In this document: positions 23,909 through 33,540 of the stretch, in pieces
Position numbering within the stretch: position 1 is the stretch's first letter
Layout: every line of letters begins with the position of its first letter
NCBI GenBank assembly: GCA_041741035.1
Contig: JBGSKZ010000745.1
Coordinates: 1 to 49,161 of the forward strand
DNA length: 49,161 nt
Reading direction: 5' to 3'
Source: Treponematales bacterium
Lineage (GTDB): Bacteria > Spirochaetota > Spirochaetia > Treponematales > UBA12059
Notes under the pieces: model-generated
The model's database searches: none
What the model saw: only the letters and a program-made list of their open reading frames with translations
What the model was told of the DNA's origin: nothing
Position numbers and translations under genes: made by a program

Positions 23909-24382
23909 GTGGAGAGTCCGGTGGCGCAAACGCCCGCTCGACAATGCAAGTACCCGCGATGCTCCAGATACTCAAGTGACGGCACTGGCTATTGCCCAGA
24001 GCATGTACGATTTTATATTCCTTTCGTCCGATCAATAGATGATAGAACCTCAGCTTCCCGACGCGGCTATGGCCGCGGCTGGCGCGTCATCCGCGAACGC
24101 ATCCTAGCAGCCTATGGGATCCCGCGCGAGCGATGGATTGATTACGATGTCGACCATGTCCCCGCCTACGATCCAGCGCGAGAACCCGATCACAATAAGT
24201 ATCAACTGATCCCCCGTCTGCATGCCGAGCACTCTCGAAAGACTGTCCTAGAGGATGGTGGCTGGGGCAATCGCAGGTCAACCAGGGTAGGGGGATGTCA
24301 ATCCCTAGCACCTTCTGGCGTAGACCGCTTTGTAGGGTCCGACACACACACAGAGAATTCTGAACTAAGGGGGTGTCCATGA
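23909..24382 (+). CDS. Phage HNH endonuclease (packaging-associated)
   Basis: CKYPRCSRYSSDGTGYCPEH, RRGYGRGWRVIRERIL, VDHV...HAEHSRKT. It sits directly upstream of TerS. The likely start is GTG 23921 after GGAGAG. Confidence 0.6.
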   Translation: MESPVAQTPARQCKYPRCSRYSSDGTGYCPEHVRFYIPFVRSIDDRTSASRRGYGRGWRVIRERILAAYGIPRERWIDYDVDHVPAYDPAREPDHNKYQLIPRLHAEHSRKTVLEDGGWGNRRSTRVGGCQSLAPSGVDRFVGSDTHTENSELRGCP

Positions 24383-24813
24383 GCATCCCCAAGGCACCGG
24401 CCGTTATACAGCGCAGCGCTTCGGCAAAGAAGGCCTGGCAGGATATATGGAGTCTGCTTAAAGCCAACGATATGGACGACGAGATCTATGCGCCTATGGT
24501 CCTCACTATCGCCATGGAGCTCGCGCTTGTGGACGACGCGTCGAACGCGATCTTCCGCCCTATGAATCCCGATACCGGCAAGCGTTCAAAGCGGACTCTC
24601 GAGCAGTACCTGGCCGGCCGCAACTCTCAGACCATTCCAGAGCTCACGCTGCTACGCGAGTCACTTAAGTCCTTGGCAAAGCTCGTCGCCGAGTTCGGCA
24701 CTTCACCGCTGTCTCAAAAGCGTGTCGGCGGGGTCAGCAAGCAACCCGAAGAGTCCCCAATGATGCAGTACATCAAGGCAGCCAACGAGCGCATGCGCAG
24801 GAGGGTCTCATGA
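24373..24813 (+). CDS. Terminase small subunit (P27 family)
   Basis: AKKAWQDIWSLL...LKSLAKLVAEFGTSPLSQKRVG fits the P27-family pattern. Its position is before TerL. Confidence 0.75.
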   Translation: MSMSIPKAPAVIQRSASAKKAWQDIWSLLKANDMDDEIYAPMVLTIAMELALVDDASNAIFRPMNPDTGKRSKRTLEQYLAGRNSQTIPELTLLRESLKSLAKLVAEFGTSPLSQKRVGGVSKQPEESPMMQYIKAANERMRRRVS

Positions 24814-26558
24814 CGGCCGGCCTGTCCGCGGTAACGCCCGTACGCGAGATCGGCGACTATCGCTGGGACGCGTACATGAAAGAAGTCATTTCTGGCGCGA
24901 TCCCCTCCTGCCGCTGGCTTAAGCTCGCGGTAAAGCGCTTCAAGAAGGACCTGGCTAAGCAACACCGCGAGGACTTCCCGTTCTACTTCGATGAGGATGA
25001 GGCAAGGCTCGCCGTGGATTTCTTCCCGCTCTTCCTCCGTCATTATCAGGGCGACCTGGCCGGCGAGCCCTTGTTCCTCGAGCCCTGGGAGCAGTTCATC
25101 ATCGCCAATATCTACGGCTGGAAGCGCAAGAGCGATGGCTTAAGGCGCTTCAGGAAAATATACGTTTCGGTGGCCAGGAAGAACGGCAAGAGCGCGATCG
25201 CGGTCGGCATCGGGATCAAGGGGCTGCTCCTCGATGGCGAAGGCGGGCCGCGCGTCGTGTGCGCAGCCACTAAGCGGTCCCAGGCGCGTATCGTATGGGA
25301 TATAGCCGCGCTTACCATCGAGCAGAATCCGGAGCTCATGCGGGAGTTCGGGATCACGATTTCTAAGAGCCTCAACACCACCCGCATTGCCGTGGTCGGG
25401 ACAGCCGCGGATTTCATCCCCTTAGGCCAGGACTCCAAAACCGAGGATGGGCACAACATCCACGTGGGCATCGTGGACGAATACCATGAGCATCCGAACG
25501 ACAAGATGGTCGGCGTGATCCGTACCGCCATGGGAGCCCGGAGCCAGCCGCTCCTTTTTATCATCACGACTGCGGGCTTCAACATCCAGAGCCCGGCCTT
25601 CGAGGAAGAGCAATACCTTAAGCGCGTCCTTGAAGGCGTCGTGGTCGATGACGACTACTTCGGGCTCATCTATACCCTCGACGACGGCGACGATTATCGC
25701 GACCCTGGCGTCTGGATCAAAGCCAACCCGAACCTGGGCGTCGGCAAGAGGCCCGAGCAGATCGCTTCGCTCATCGGGGAAGCGGAGCACAAGCCGGCGA
25801 CTAAGCAGCAGGTCCTGACCAAGGAGCTCAATGTCTGGACGCAAGCCTTGTCGACCTGGCTGGACTGGCGGGCCTGGAAGAAGAACAACCAGGGGAAGGT
25901 CCTCGAGGAAGAGCTGCGCGGCCGCGCCTGCTGGGCTGCCCTCGACTGTTCGATGTCGCGGGACCATACCGTCGTCAGCTATGTATTCCCGCCCGAGCAG
26001 CCCCTTGGCCGCTGGATATACCTGCACCGGATATGGGTGCCGGCCGAGGACCTAGGGCAGAAGTCGATCGGCGATAACGCCGACTACCTGCGCTGGCTTT
26101 CCGAAGGATGGATTAATCATCCTGGATCCCGGATCAACCGCGACCTCGTGACCGATCAGATCCGTGCGGACCTTGAGATCTTCGACCTGCGCGAGCTCGC
26201 TTATGACCGTTACGGCGACGGCCAGCCGATAGCGCTCGACCTGGAGGCAGAAGGCCTTCCCGTGGTGATGTTCCCACAGTCTGCAAAGGAATTCACCGCG
26301 CCTACCAACGAGTTCGAGCGCCTCGTCCTCGATGACCGCATGGAGCACGGCGGGAACCCGCTCATGGATTACTACGTCTTTAATGCTCACCTCTGGGAGG
26401 GCCCGAACGATACGAGGAAGCCGGTGAAACACCGGCATGGAGACGACACGAGCCGGATCGACGGCGTGATCACGTCGATCATGGGTACCTGGCGCGCGAC
26501 CATCGCGATCGACTCGGGGCGGTCGGTCTATGAAGACCGAGGAGTATTGACGGTATGA
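24810..26558 (+). CDS. Terminase large subunit
   Basis: 582 aa. Walker A-like VARKNGKSA, Walker B HVGIVDEYHEH, C-terminal nuclease region. Canonical position. Confidence 0.9.
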   Translation: MTAGLSAVTPVREIGDYRWDAYMKEVISGAIPSCRWLKLAVKRFKKDLAKQHREDFPFYFDEDEARLAVDFFPLFLRHYQGDLAGEPLFLEPWEQFIIANIYGWKRKSDGLRRFRKIYVSVARKNGKSAIAVGIGIKGLLLDGEGGPRVVCAATKRSQARIVWDIAALTIEQNPELMREFGITISKSLNTTRIAVVGTAADFIPLGQDSKTEDGHNIHVGIVDEYHEHPNDKMVGVIRTAMGARSQPLLFIITTAGFNIQSPAFEEEQYLKRVLEGVVVDDDYFGLIYTLDDGDDYRDPGVWIKANPNLGVGKRPEQIASLIGEAEHKPATKQQVLTKELNVWTQALSTWLDWRAWKKNNQGKVLEEELRGRACWAALDCSMSRDHTVVSYVFPPEQPLGRWIYLHRIWVPAEDLGQKSIGDNADYLRWLSEGWINHPGSRINRDLVTDQIRADLEIFDLRELAYDRYGDGQPIALDLEAEGLPVVMFPQSAKEFTAPTNEFERLVLDDRMEHGGNPLMDYYVFNAHLWEGPNDTRKPVKHRHGDDTSRIDGVITSIMGTWRATIAIDSGRSVYEDRGVLTV

Positions 26559-28372
26559 GCAAGAACCGTGGCAGCGGAGGCAGGATACTCGACGCGCTCG
26601 GCGCCGGTTTGGCCGCGGCGGGGCGGGCCCTGCGCTCGAACCCGAGTACGCTCGCGGATCCTGAGCCCTGGCTGCGCGAGCTCTTCGCCGGCCCCACGGC
26701 GTCGGGCGTATCGGTTACCGAGTCCTCGGCCATGCGCCTAGCCGCGCACTTCTCCTGCGTATCGCTTACCTCCCGCGTGATCGGATCCTTCCCCGTGCAT
26801 ATCCACGAGAGGCTGCCAGGCGGCCGCAACCGCATCGCCACGGATCACCCCGTATACCGGCTGCTCCACGATCAGCCCAACCCTGAGATGACCGCATTCG
26901 GCCTCAAAGAGACGATGCAAGCCAACCTGTCCAACGCGGGCAAGGCCTTCGCCGAGATCGTGTGGGGCCGCGACGGCTACCCCAAGGAACTCTGGCCCAT
27001 CCCGCCGCAGCTTGTCACGCCGCGAAGGAAGCCGGACGGCAAGCTTGAGTACCTCGTGAACGGCGAGAGCCTGCCTAGCTGGAAGGTGCTCCATATACCG
27101 GGCCTGGGCTTTGACGGCGTAAATTCCTTCTCGCCTGTGGGGCTCTTCAGGCAGGCCATAGGCTTGGGCCTCGCAGCCGAGGAATACGGCGCGCGCTTCT
27201 TTGGCCAGGGCACGAACATAGGCGGCTTCATCGAGTATCCGAAGAACCTAAGCGAGGACGCGTACAAGCGACTCAAGGGCTCCATGGAGGAGAAGTACCG
27301 GGGCCTTCAGAAGAGCCACGGCACGATCATCCTTGAGGAGGGCGGGAAATACACCAAGATCGGCATGTCGATGGAGGATGCCCAGTTCATCGAGACGCAG
27401 AAGCTTAATCGCTCCACGATCGCGATGATCCACGGGATCCCGCCGCACCTGATCGGGGACCTTGAGAAGGCCACGTTCTCGAACATCGAACACCAGGGCA
27501 TAGAGGCCGTGGTGTATCTGTTTAGGCCATGGGCGGTTCGTTGGGAGCAGGCGCTCACCGCGCGGCTGTTCACGCGCAAAGAACAGGAGCGCTTCTACAT
27601 ACGCTTCAATCTCGACGGACTTTTACGCGGCGACACCAAGGCGCGCTATGACGCGTACGCGGTGGGCCGACAGTGGGGCTGGCTTAATGTCGACGACATC
27701 CGCTGTCTTGAGGATATGGATCCCCTCCCTGACGAAAAAGGGCAGGTCTATCTGCAGCCGTTGAACATGGTGCCGGCTACCAAGGACGCGCGCGCGCAGC
27801 TGACCCAGATAGTCCAGGCGGTGCTCGAAGAGGCGCGCACCGAGCCTGCGAGGATCGACGTGATCGAACCGGATGAGCCGGCGACCGTGCCGCAGCGCGA
27901 GACCGAGCCTTTGGACTTTAGCCAAAAGCGCTCGGATATCCTTTCGGATCCCGATGGCACTGTACGCGCCATCTATGAAGAACTCGCGCTGTCGGTCCAG
28001 AACGGGATTGGCCCGCTTTCAGGAGATGCCGCAGCCTTCCTCGAAGACTATTGCGATGCTCTCCGTAAGCGGCTTTCCGCCGCGGATCCTCTGGCTGAGC
28101 TGCACCGGCTGCGCAACGCATCCTTGCGGCATCTGTACGAGCGCGCCGGCGTGAAACGCCTTGCGCTGAAGCCCGGATCCGTACTCCGCGCAGTCGCCCC
28201 GGCTCTGGCCGAGGACATCGCCCAAAGGAAAGTCGATATAGAGAGTCCCTTCTTCGAGAAGGACCAGGAGCTCACGAGCGGCGGCCTCTCGATACGCATA
28301 GGCTACCGCGTATGGAACCCGCCTGTATTCCCAGGCGACGATTCGGAAATCATTCCGGTACTGGAGGATTAG
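26555..28372 (+). CDS. Portal protein (HK97 family) with ~190-aa C-terminal extension
   Basis: The core (YRLLHDQPNPEMT...FGQGTNIGGFIEYP...IETQKLNRSTIAMIHGIPPHLIGD) is portal-like. 605 aa is long for this family. Confidence 0.85.
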   Translation: MSKNRGSGGRILDALGAGLAAAGRALRSNPSTLADPEPWLRELFAGPTASGVSVTESSAMRLAAHFSCVSLTSRVIGSFPVHIHERLPGGRNRIATDHPVYRLLHDQPNPEMTAFGLKETMQANLSNAGKAFAEIVWGRDGYPKELWPIPPQLVTPRRKPDGKLEYLVNGESLPSWKVLHIPGLGFDGVNSFSPVGLFRQAIGLGLAAEEYGARFFGQGTNIGGFIEYPKNLSEDAYKRLKGSMEEKYRGLQKSHGTIILEEGGKYTKIGMSMEDAQFIETQKLNRSTIAMIHGIPPHLIGDLEKATFSNIEHQGIEAVVYLFRPWAVRWEQALTARLFTRKEQERFYIRFNLDGLLRGDTKARYDAYAVGRQWGWLNVDDIRCLEDMDPLPDEKGQVYLQPLNMVPATKDARAQLTQIVQAVLEEARTEPARIDVIEPDEPATVPQRETEPLDFSQKRSDILSDPDGTVRAIYEELALSVQNGIGPLSGDAAAFLEDYCDALRKRLSAADPLAELHRLRNASLRHLYERAGVKRLALKPGSVLRAVAPALAEDIAQRKVDIESPFFEKDQELTSGGLSIRIGYRVWNPPVFPGDDSEIIPVLED

Positions 28373-28373
28373 C

Positions 28374-29054
28374 ATGGAGAGCAAACTCGAGCGCCGATTC
28401 CTTCCGCTTTCGAGCATGGACCTGCGGGCGTCCGGCGACGAAGGGGCCATGATCATCGAGGGCCATCCGGTCCTCTACGGCGTGATGACAACGCTCTACG
28501 CGGACGAAGAGTACGAGCTCCGCGAAGTCATCATGCCCGGCGCCGCGACGAACGCGATGGCCGTCGGCGAGGAAGTGGTCCTGTGGAACCACGACTCTTC
28601 TCAGCCCATGGCCCGCCGCTCGAACGGAACGCTCGAAGCGCGCGAAGACGGCGTTGGCGTTTACATCAGGGCGGACATATCCAAGACCGTGTGGGGACGC
28701 AATGGGCATGAAGCCATCAGGAACGGCGCGGTCAACGCGATGAGCTTCGGCTTTTACCTCGGGCAATCGGGCTACAAGTGGGAGCGCGAGAAGCGGGAAG
28801 GAAAAGTCATCGACACCAGGACCATCAACGAGTTCGCCAGGATCGTGGATTATTCGCCGGTCACCTACCCGGCATACAAGGATACCGACATAGCCGCCCG
28901 ATCAAAGGACCTGGCGCTCGAGTCGAGGCCCTCGATGGAGGAGCCCCCGGCACCCGATGGGGATGAGCGCGCAGAAGACGCAGCGAAGACCAAGGCGGCC
29001 ATTCAGTCGACACTCGACGAGATCGAGGAAAGGACAAGCCGATGGAAAGATTGA
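28374..29054 (+). CDS. HK97-family prohead protease
   Basis: IEGHPVLYGV...LREVIMPGAATNAM...VVLWNHDSSQPMARRSNGTLEAREDGVGVY...GAVNAMSFGF. Confidence 0.85.
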   Translation: MESKLERRFLPLSSMDLRASGDEGAMIIEGHPVLYGVMTTLYADEEYELREVIMPGAATNAMAVGEEVVLWNHDSSQPMARRSNGTLEAREDGVGVYIRADISKTVWGRNGHEAIRNGAVNAMSFGFYLGQSGYKWEREKREGKVIDTRTINEFARIVDYSPVTYPAYKDTDIAARSKDLALESRPSMEEPPAPDGDERAEDAAKTKAAIQSTLDEIEERTSRWKD

Positions 29055-30187
29055 TTGAGATGAAGCGCCAGTTCGCGGGTCTCGTTAAGGAGCTCCGCGA
29101 GGAGCAGGCCAAGGAAGCCCCTGAAAAGGCCAAGGCCGAGCGCCTAGCTGAAGAGATCCGCGCGCTTGCCGGCCAGATCGAAACCGAAGAGGCGATCCTC
29201 CGCATGGAGGAAGGCCGCGACGGTAGCGAAAAGCCGGCATTCCGCGCCGGGGACGACGAGAAGGCCGGCTCCCGCGCCGGCAAGGAGTACCGGGCGGCCT
29301 TCGAGAAGTACCTGCGCACCAACGATACCGCGGAACTCCGTTCCATGGCCGTTGGTACACTGACTAAGGGCGGCTATCTCGTGCCCGAGTCCTGGGAGGC
29401 CGCGATCGTGCAGAAGAAGCACGAGCTCTTCGTGATGCGCTCCTTGGCCGATGTGCAGACGAGCGCTCTCGACAAGAACATCCCCGTGGAAGGCGCCGAG
29501 GGCGTATCGACCTGGCTCGACGAGGAAGCAGCCTATCAGGAAAGCGATGAGGAATTCGCGCTCAAGGTCATGGAGGCCTTCAAGTTCGGCCGTATCCTCA
29601 AGGCATCGGAAGAGATCCTCGAGGACGAGACCTACAACCTCATGGCCTATCTCGTCACCAAGTTCGCCCGTTCCAATGGCCGCCTCGAGGAGTCCGCGTT
29701 CATAGCCGGCGACGGCGTCAAGAAGCCGCGCGGCTTCCTCTTGGACGCGGATGTCGGCAAGTCCACGGCGGTCAACACCGGCTTCACCTACGATGAGATC
29801 TTGGATCTCTGGGCCTCGCTCAAGAGCGGCTATGCCGCCTCTTCCAGCTGGCTCATGAAGCGCACCACGCTCATCGAGGTGATGAAGCTCAAGGACGGCG
29901 ACGGCCGCTACCTGTACCAGCCTTCCACGCTGCCCGGCCAGCTGGGCGCGATCCTGGATCGGCCGGTACGCCTCGCGGACGACATGCCCGCGGTGGCTGC
30001 CAACAGCAAGCCGATCGCTTTCGGCGACTTCAGCTACTACCGGATCCAGGACCGCACCGGCTTCTTCATGCAGCGCCTCAACGAGCTGTACGCGGGCACC
30101 GGCCAGGTCGGCTTCCGCGGCTACCAGCGGACCGACGGCAAGCTCCTCGTGAGCGAAGCCGTGAAGGTCTTGAGGGTCATAGCCTGA
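29042..30187 (+). CDS. Major capsid protein (HK97 fold) with N-terminal coiled-coil delta domain
   Basis: 381 aa. Coiled-coil N-terminus, then TLTKGGYLVPESW...FIAGDGVKKPRGFL...RTGFFMQRLNELY. Its position is after the protease. Confidence 0.85.
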   Translation: MERLIEMKRQFAGLVKELREEQAKEAPEKAKAERLAEEIRALAGQIETEEAILRMEEGRDGSEKPAFRAGDDEKAGSRAGKEYRAAFEKYLRTNDTAELRSMAVGTLTKGGYLVPESWEAAIVQKKHELFVMRSLADVQTSALDKNIPVEGAEGVSTWLDEEAAYQESDEEFALKVMEAFKFGRILKASEEILEDETYNLMAYLVTKFARSNGRLEESAFIAGDGVKKPRGFLLDADVGKSTAVNTGFTYDEILDLWASLKSGYAASSSWLMKRTTLIEVMKLKDGDGRYLYQPSTLPGQLGAILDRPVRLADDMPAVAANSKPIAFGDFSYYRIQDRTGFFMQRLNELYAGTGQVGFRGYQRTDGKLLVSEAVKVLRVIA

Positions 30188-30236
30188 TCGATCGCGGGCC
30201 GGTCATGCGTGGCCGGCCCGCAGGAAGGAGTTGCGC

Positions 30237-30482
30237 ATGGCGGATAAAAAAAAGACGGTCGAGATGAAGGTCAGCGTGGCCGGTTCTCCAAGCCTGTCGG
30301 CTAAGCGGCGCTATGAGCTGTCCGAAGACCTGGCCAAGCGCCTTATCAAGGTAGGGTACGCGGTCGAAGTCGAACCCGAAACGCGACGCGGGAGAAAGCC
30401 CAAGGCCGAAGGCCCAGAGGATCTCGAGGACGACGAAAACGCCGGCGAGATTGGCGGTCAAGACGACGAACCGAAGGAGTAG
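30237..30482 (+). CDS. Hypothetical charged head-associated protein
   Basis: GGAAGGAG RBS before ATG 30237. A 9-bp-stem GC hairpin (30194-30221) separates it from the capsid gene. Confidence 0.4.
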   Translation: MADKKKTVEMKVSVAGSPSLSAKRRYELSEDLAKRLIKVGYAVEVEPETRRGRKPKAEGPEDLEDDENAGEIGGQDDEPKE

Positions 30483-30485
30483 CGA

Positions 30486-31055
30486 ATGCCGTTGACCGCG
30501 GACGCGCTATCGAGTTGGGAGCAGGCGCAGGCAGTCTTAGGCTTCTCGAGCGAAGACCAGGCCATGGCCGAATTCCTCATTAACGCGGCGAGCGCCTACG
30601 CCAACCGGCGCGCCGGCCGGCAGCTGCGCGCGCGAACGGTCGATCTCCATCTCGATGGAACGGGAAGTGCGTCCCTGGTGCTCCCTGAATCCCCGGCCAT
30701 CGTCTCCAAGCTCTGGGTCGATACCGCGCGAGAGTTCGCCAATGGGCAGGAGCTCCTGCCCGCGGATTATCAGGTCTTCGGGGAGGCAGGGATAATACGG
30801 CTTTACGATGGGCTCTTTCCCGATGGCTTCGGCATCGTGCGGGTTCAGGGAACGCTCGGCTTCGAGCCCGCGCCGGCAGACTTGGAGCAGGCGGTGCTCG
30901 AGTGCGTGGCGGTGAACCTCCGCCGCCTGCGCGGGAAAGGAGCGATAGGGCTCAAGTCAATTTCGATCGATGGCGCTACCTCGAGCTCCTATGAGATCGA
31001 CTGGCCGACCACCGCGGTCATGGTCTTCGATTCTTACCGGAGGCCGCGCGTATGA
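30486..31055 (+). CDS. Head-tail connector (gp6-like)
   Basis: FSSEDQAMAEFLINAASAYANRRAGRQL fits the head-tail connector pattern. Gene order supports it. Confidence 0.5.
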   Translation: MPLTADALSSWEQAQAVLGFSSEDQAMAEFLINAASAYANRRAGRQLRARTVDLHLDGTGSASLVLPESPAIVSKLWVDTAREFANGQELLPADYQVFGEAGIIRLYDGLFPDGFGIVRVQGTLGFEPAPADLEQAVLECVAVNLRRLRGKGAIGLKSISIDGATSSSYEIDWPTTAVMVFDSYRRPRV

Positions 31056-31561
31056 TCGGCGTCACCTTAGCCAAGCGAAAGTACGGAGACCTCGACAAGT
31101 TCGCCTCCGATGTCCGCACCAAGATGAGCGCGCGGATCCTCAACATCATGGCCGCCGAATTCTCTGAGTACGTGAAGCGCTCCAAGCTTTCAGGCCAGGT
31201 GCTTTCCGTCCGATCGGGCAAGACCCGGGAGAGCATGGGCTTCTATCAGCTTAAGCGCGGGAAAGGTCCCGCTTACGTGATCAGGCCCGGGCGAGGTATT
31301 TCGGGTCGGCTCAATTACCTCTCGGGGATGTCCTCTGGCATGCTCATCGCTCCCAAGCGGGGCGAGTGGGTCTACATACGGGATGAGCAGGGCCGGATCA
31401 CGGCGCGGGTGCGCTCGGCCTTGGTCAAGGCGCGGCCTTTCATGGCGCCGGCCTGGAAGGAATATAAGGCAGGCGGCAACGTCCGCGCCATCATGCGCTC
31501 TGTCTATGCGGCCTACGTCGATCGAGGCTTCAGCGCTTCGGGCCAGGAGGTCCTTTCGTGA
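31052..31561 (+). CDS. Head closure / tail attachment protein (HK97 gp10-like)
   Basis: Position and size (169 aa). ATGA-type overlap with its neighbour. Confidence 0.4.
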   Translation: MIGVTLAKRKYGDLDKFASDVRTKMSARILNIMAAEFSEYVKRSKLSGQVLSVRSGKTRESMGFYQLKRGKGPAYVIRPGRGISGRLNYLSGMSSGMLIAPKRGEWVYIRDEQGRITARVRSALVKARPFMAPAWKEYKAGGNVRAIMRSVYAAYVDRGFSASGQEVLS

Positions 31562-32013
31562 GAACCGCCCGGATAATCGACGAGCTCGAAGCGGCTCTCG
31601 TAGCCGGCTTGAATCCGCAAATCGAGCTCGAGGCGAGCTCGTATGGGAAAGGTGCCGTCGATACTATAGCCGCCTTCTCGCAAGGCTATGAGGATCCGCT
31701 GCGCCTCGCGCGCTACAACGCTTGCATCATATGCCCGGACCAGGTGCGGCTCGAGCGCTCGCTGCAGCTCTGCAGGATCCCCGTGGATCTCGTGTTCGCC
31801 ATCCAAGGGCCGACCAAAGCCATAGTCATGGAGGCAATGAAGATCTACGTGGACGCGACGGGGAATCTGATCGAGGCCGACCCGAGTCTTGGCGGCCATG
31901 CATTCGAAGCCCGCTTTGAGTATGCCGAGTTCGTTGGTCCCACGCCGGTCAATGAGCTCATCGGCGTCGTCATCGCGCGGCTGTCCGTTGACGCGGACGA
32001 TCTACTGCAATAA
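31558..32013 (+). CDS. Neck/tail terminator-position hypothetical protein
   Basis: Gene order only. Confidence 0.35.
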   Translation: MRTARIIDELEAALVAGLNPQIELEASSYGKGAVDTIAAFSQGYEDPLRLARYNACIICPDQVRLERSLQLCRIPVDLVFAIQGPTKAIVMEAMKIYVDATGNLIEADPSLGGHAFEARFEYAEFVGPTPVNELIGVVIARLSVDADDLLQ

Positions 32014-32024
32014 GGAGGACAGCT

Positions 32025-32669
32025 ATGAATAAGCGTCCCGGCGGTTCCAAGAACTACCTCTATTTCGGCGAGCGCGGCGCGGTACTGGCGACAGGGATCC
32101 TCGTCGTCGGCACCTGGTACAAGGTGAGCGCCAAAGGCGCGGCATCGGCCCTGCCGGCCACTTCCAAGGTGGGCGACGCGTTCTATTGCGTCGATGCCCT
32201 GACTCTGGCCTCAGGCGACGCGGTGATCCCGTTCACCCTGGAGAAACTCGCCTTCGTGACCAATGTCCCGAATTCCTCGAGCAAAGAGAAATTCGAGAAC
32301 ACGGTCCAGACCGACGACGTGAAGAGCTACATCGAAGGCGACAAGTCGGAGAAGTCCGGCACCATCAACGGCTACTTCGTAGTCGGCGACGACGTCGTCA
32401 AGAAGATCCAGAAGCGCTTCAATCGCGTGGTCGACTACGCGGGCACCGTCGTATCGTTCTCCGATACCGAGACCGGCGTCCTGGATTTCTTCCTCGGGCG
32501 GAACGAGTCGAGCGAAGTAGGGGACACCGAAGTCTTCGAGTACATGCCCTCGATCGTGGAGAGCCTGGAGACCGAGAAGCCGATGGAAGGCCCGCAGACC
32601 TTCAATTTCGGCTACACCGTCGTCGGCTCGGAGCGGCCCAGCGTGCACTATCGGCCGATCACGACCTAA
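32025..32669 (+). CDS. Major tail (tube) protein
   Basis: 214 aa, immediately upstream of the chaperone/tape-measure block. AAGGAGGA RBS. Confidence 0.5.
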   Translation: MNKRPGGSKNYLYFGERGAVLATGILVVGTWYKVSAKGAASALPATSKVGDAFYCVDALTLASGDAVIPFTLEKLAFVTNVPNSSSKEKFENTVQTDDVKSYIEGDKSEKSGTINGYFVVGDDVVKKIQKRFNRVVDYAGTVVSFSDTETGVLDFFLGRNESSEVGDTEVFEYMPSIVESLETEKPMEGPQTFNFGYTVVGSERPSVHYRPITT

Positions 32670-32690
32670 GGAAGACTAGGAGGCGCGGCG

Positions 32691-32960
32691 TTGAAGATCG
32701 ACATACAGCCAGGCGCCGTGCGCCCTGGCGATATCCATTTGAGCGTGGCCGGCGAGCGCGTGGAGAATTACCGCGTGCTTTCGGCCAGCAACAAGGCAGG
32801 CCGCGTGACAGTCATCGCGGAGATTTACGGCAAGGAGAGCGAGCATGGACAAGACGGTGTCGAGCGACCTGATCACGGAGTACGAGCCGGATCTGCCGTG
32901 GAACCGGTGGATCCGAGAGCCCACAGCCCAAGAACCCGGCGAGGAACGGCCGAAGGCTGA
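32691..32960 (+). CDS. Hypothetical small protein (TTG start)
   Basis: AGGAGG lies 7 nt upstream of TTG 32691, but the 3' 116 nt overlap the chaperone gene. Confidence 0.3.
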   Translation: MKIDIQPGAVRPGDIHLSVAGERVENYRVLSASNKAGRVTVIAEIYGKESEHGQDGVERPDHGVRAGSAVEPVDPRAHSPRTRRGTAEG

Positions 32961-33231
32961 AAGGCTTCACGTCGAGATCCAGTGGCCGACTATCGAGGAG
33001 AGCAGCCGCCTTGCCGACTCAGGACCCTCTACAGCCATATCGATCGCGTACGCTAAGCGTTGCATACGATCGATCGCGAATCCCCAGGTGATCGGCATCG
33101 ATGCTGTCAACGGCGAACAGCTCGTGGCCATCCGCTCCAAGGGCAAGCGCAAGGCATGGCAGTTGGCCATTAACGTGGGAAGCCACATCTTCACCCAATC
33201 GTTCCTTACGGAGGACGAAGAAAAAAACTGA
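32845..33231 (+). CDS. Tail assembly chaperone, short form (gpG-like)
   Basis: AAGGAG RBS. Located directly upstream of the tape measure. Ends just after the slippery heptamer. Confidence 0.6.
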   Translation: MDKTVSSDLITEYEPDLPWNRWIREPTAQEPGEERPKAERLHVEIQWPTIEESSRLADSGPSTAISIAYAKRCIRSIANPQVIGIDAVNGEQLVAIRSKGKRKAWQLAINVGSHIFTQSFLTEDEEKN

Positions 33232-33539
33232 GGGTGGCGGCGCGCTTGGCCTTCGCCGGCGCGACCGCCACAGACGACGAGTGGGCGTTCGCCCCCGACG
33301 AAATGGAGCTCGTGCGGATCAGCACGATAAAAGTACCGGTGCCGGTGCGACGGAGGGATGCAGCGCGCTTGCTTGAGCACAAGGCATTCGTATCCGGCTG
33401 GCATGAGTGGTCGCGGTATAAACGGTTCGGGCTTCCGCATGGCAGCGGGTACAGGGGAGAGCGGCCCCTTTTGATAAGGGTTATCGAGGCGTTCGAGCAA
33501 GAGCTCGAAGATTACCAGGCGCAACAGATGGAGAGCTAA
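32845..33539 (+). CDS. Tail assembly chaperone, long form (gpGT-like) via -1 frameshift at 33222-33228
   Basis: The downstream ORF (33234..33539) is in the -1 frame, lacks its own good RBS and ends 1 nt before the tape-measure start. Confidence 0.55.
33222..33228 (+). promoter_or_regulatory. -1 programmed ribosomal frameshift slippery heptamer A_AAA_AAC
   Basis: Zero-frame codons are GAA AAA AAC TGA. The -1 frame continues open to 33539. Confidence 0.6.
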
Positions 33540-33540
33540 C

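Noticed and set aside
23769-24038. 89-aa ORF upstream of and overlapping the HNH gene.
   Set aside because: It is Arg-rich and overlaps the HNH coding frame, which has clear motifs. It more likely covers a non-coding region containing the GGCGGC...GCCGCC hairpin and possibly the cos/pac neighbourhood.
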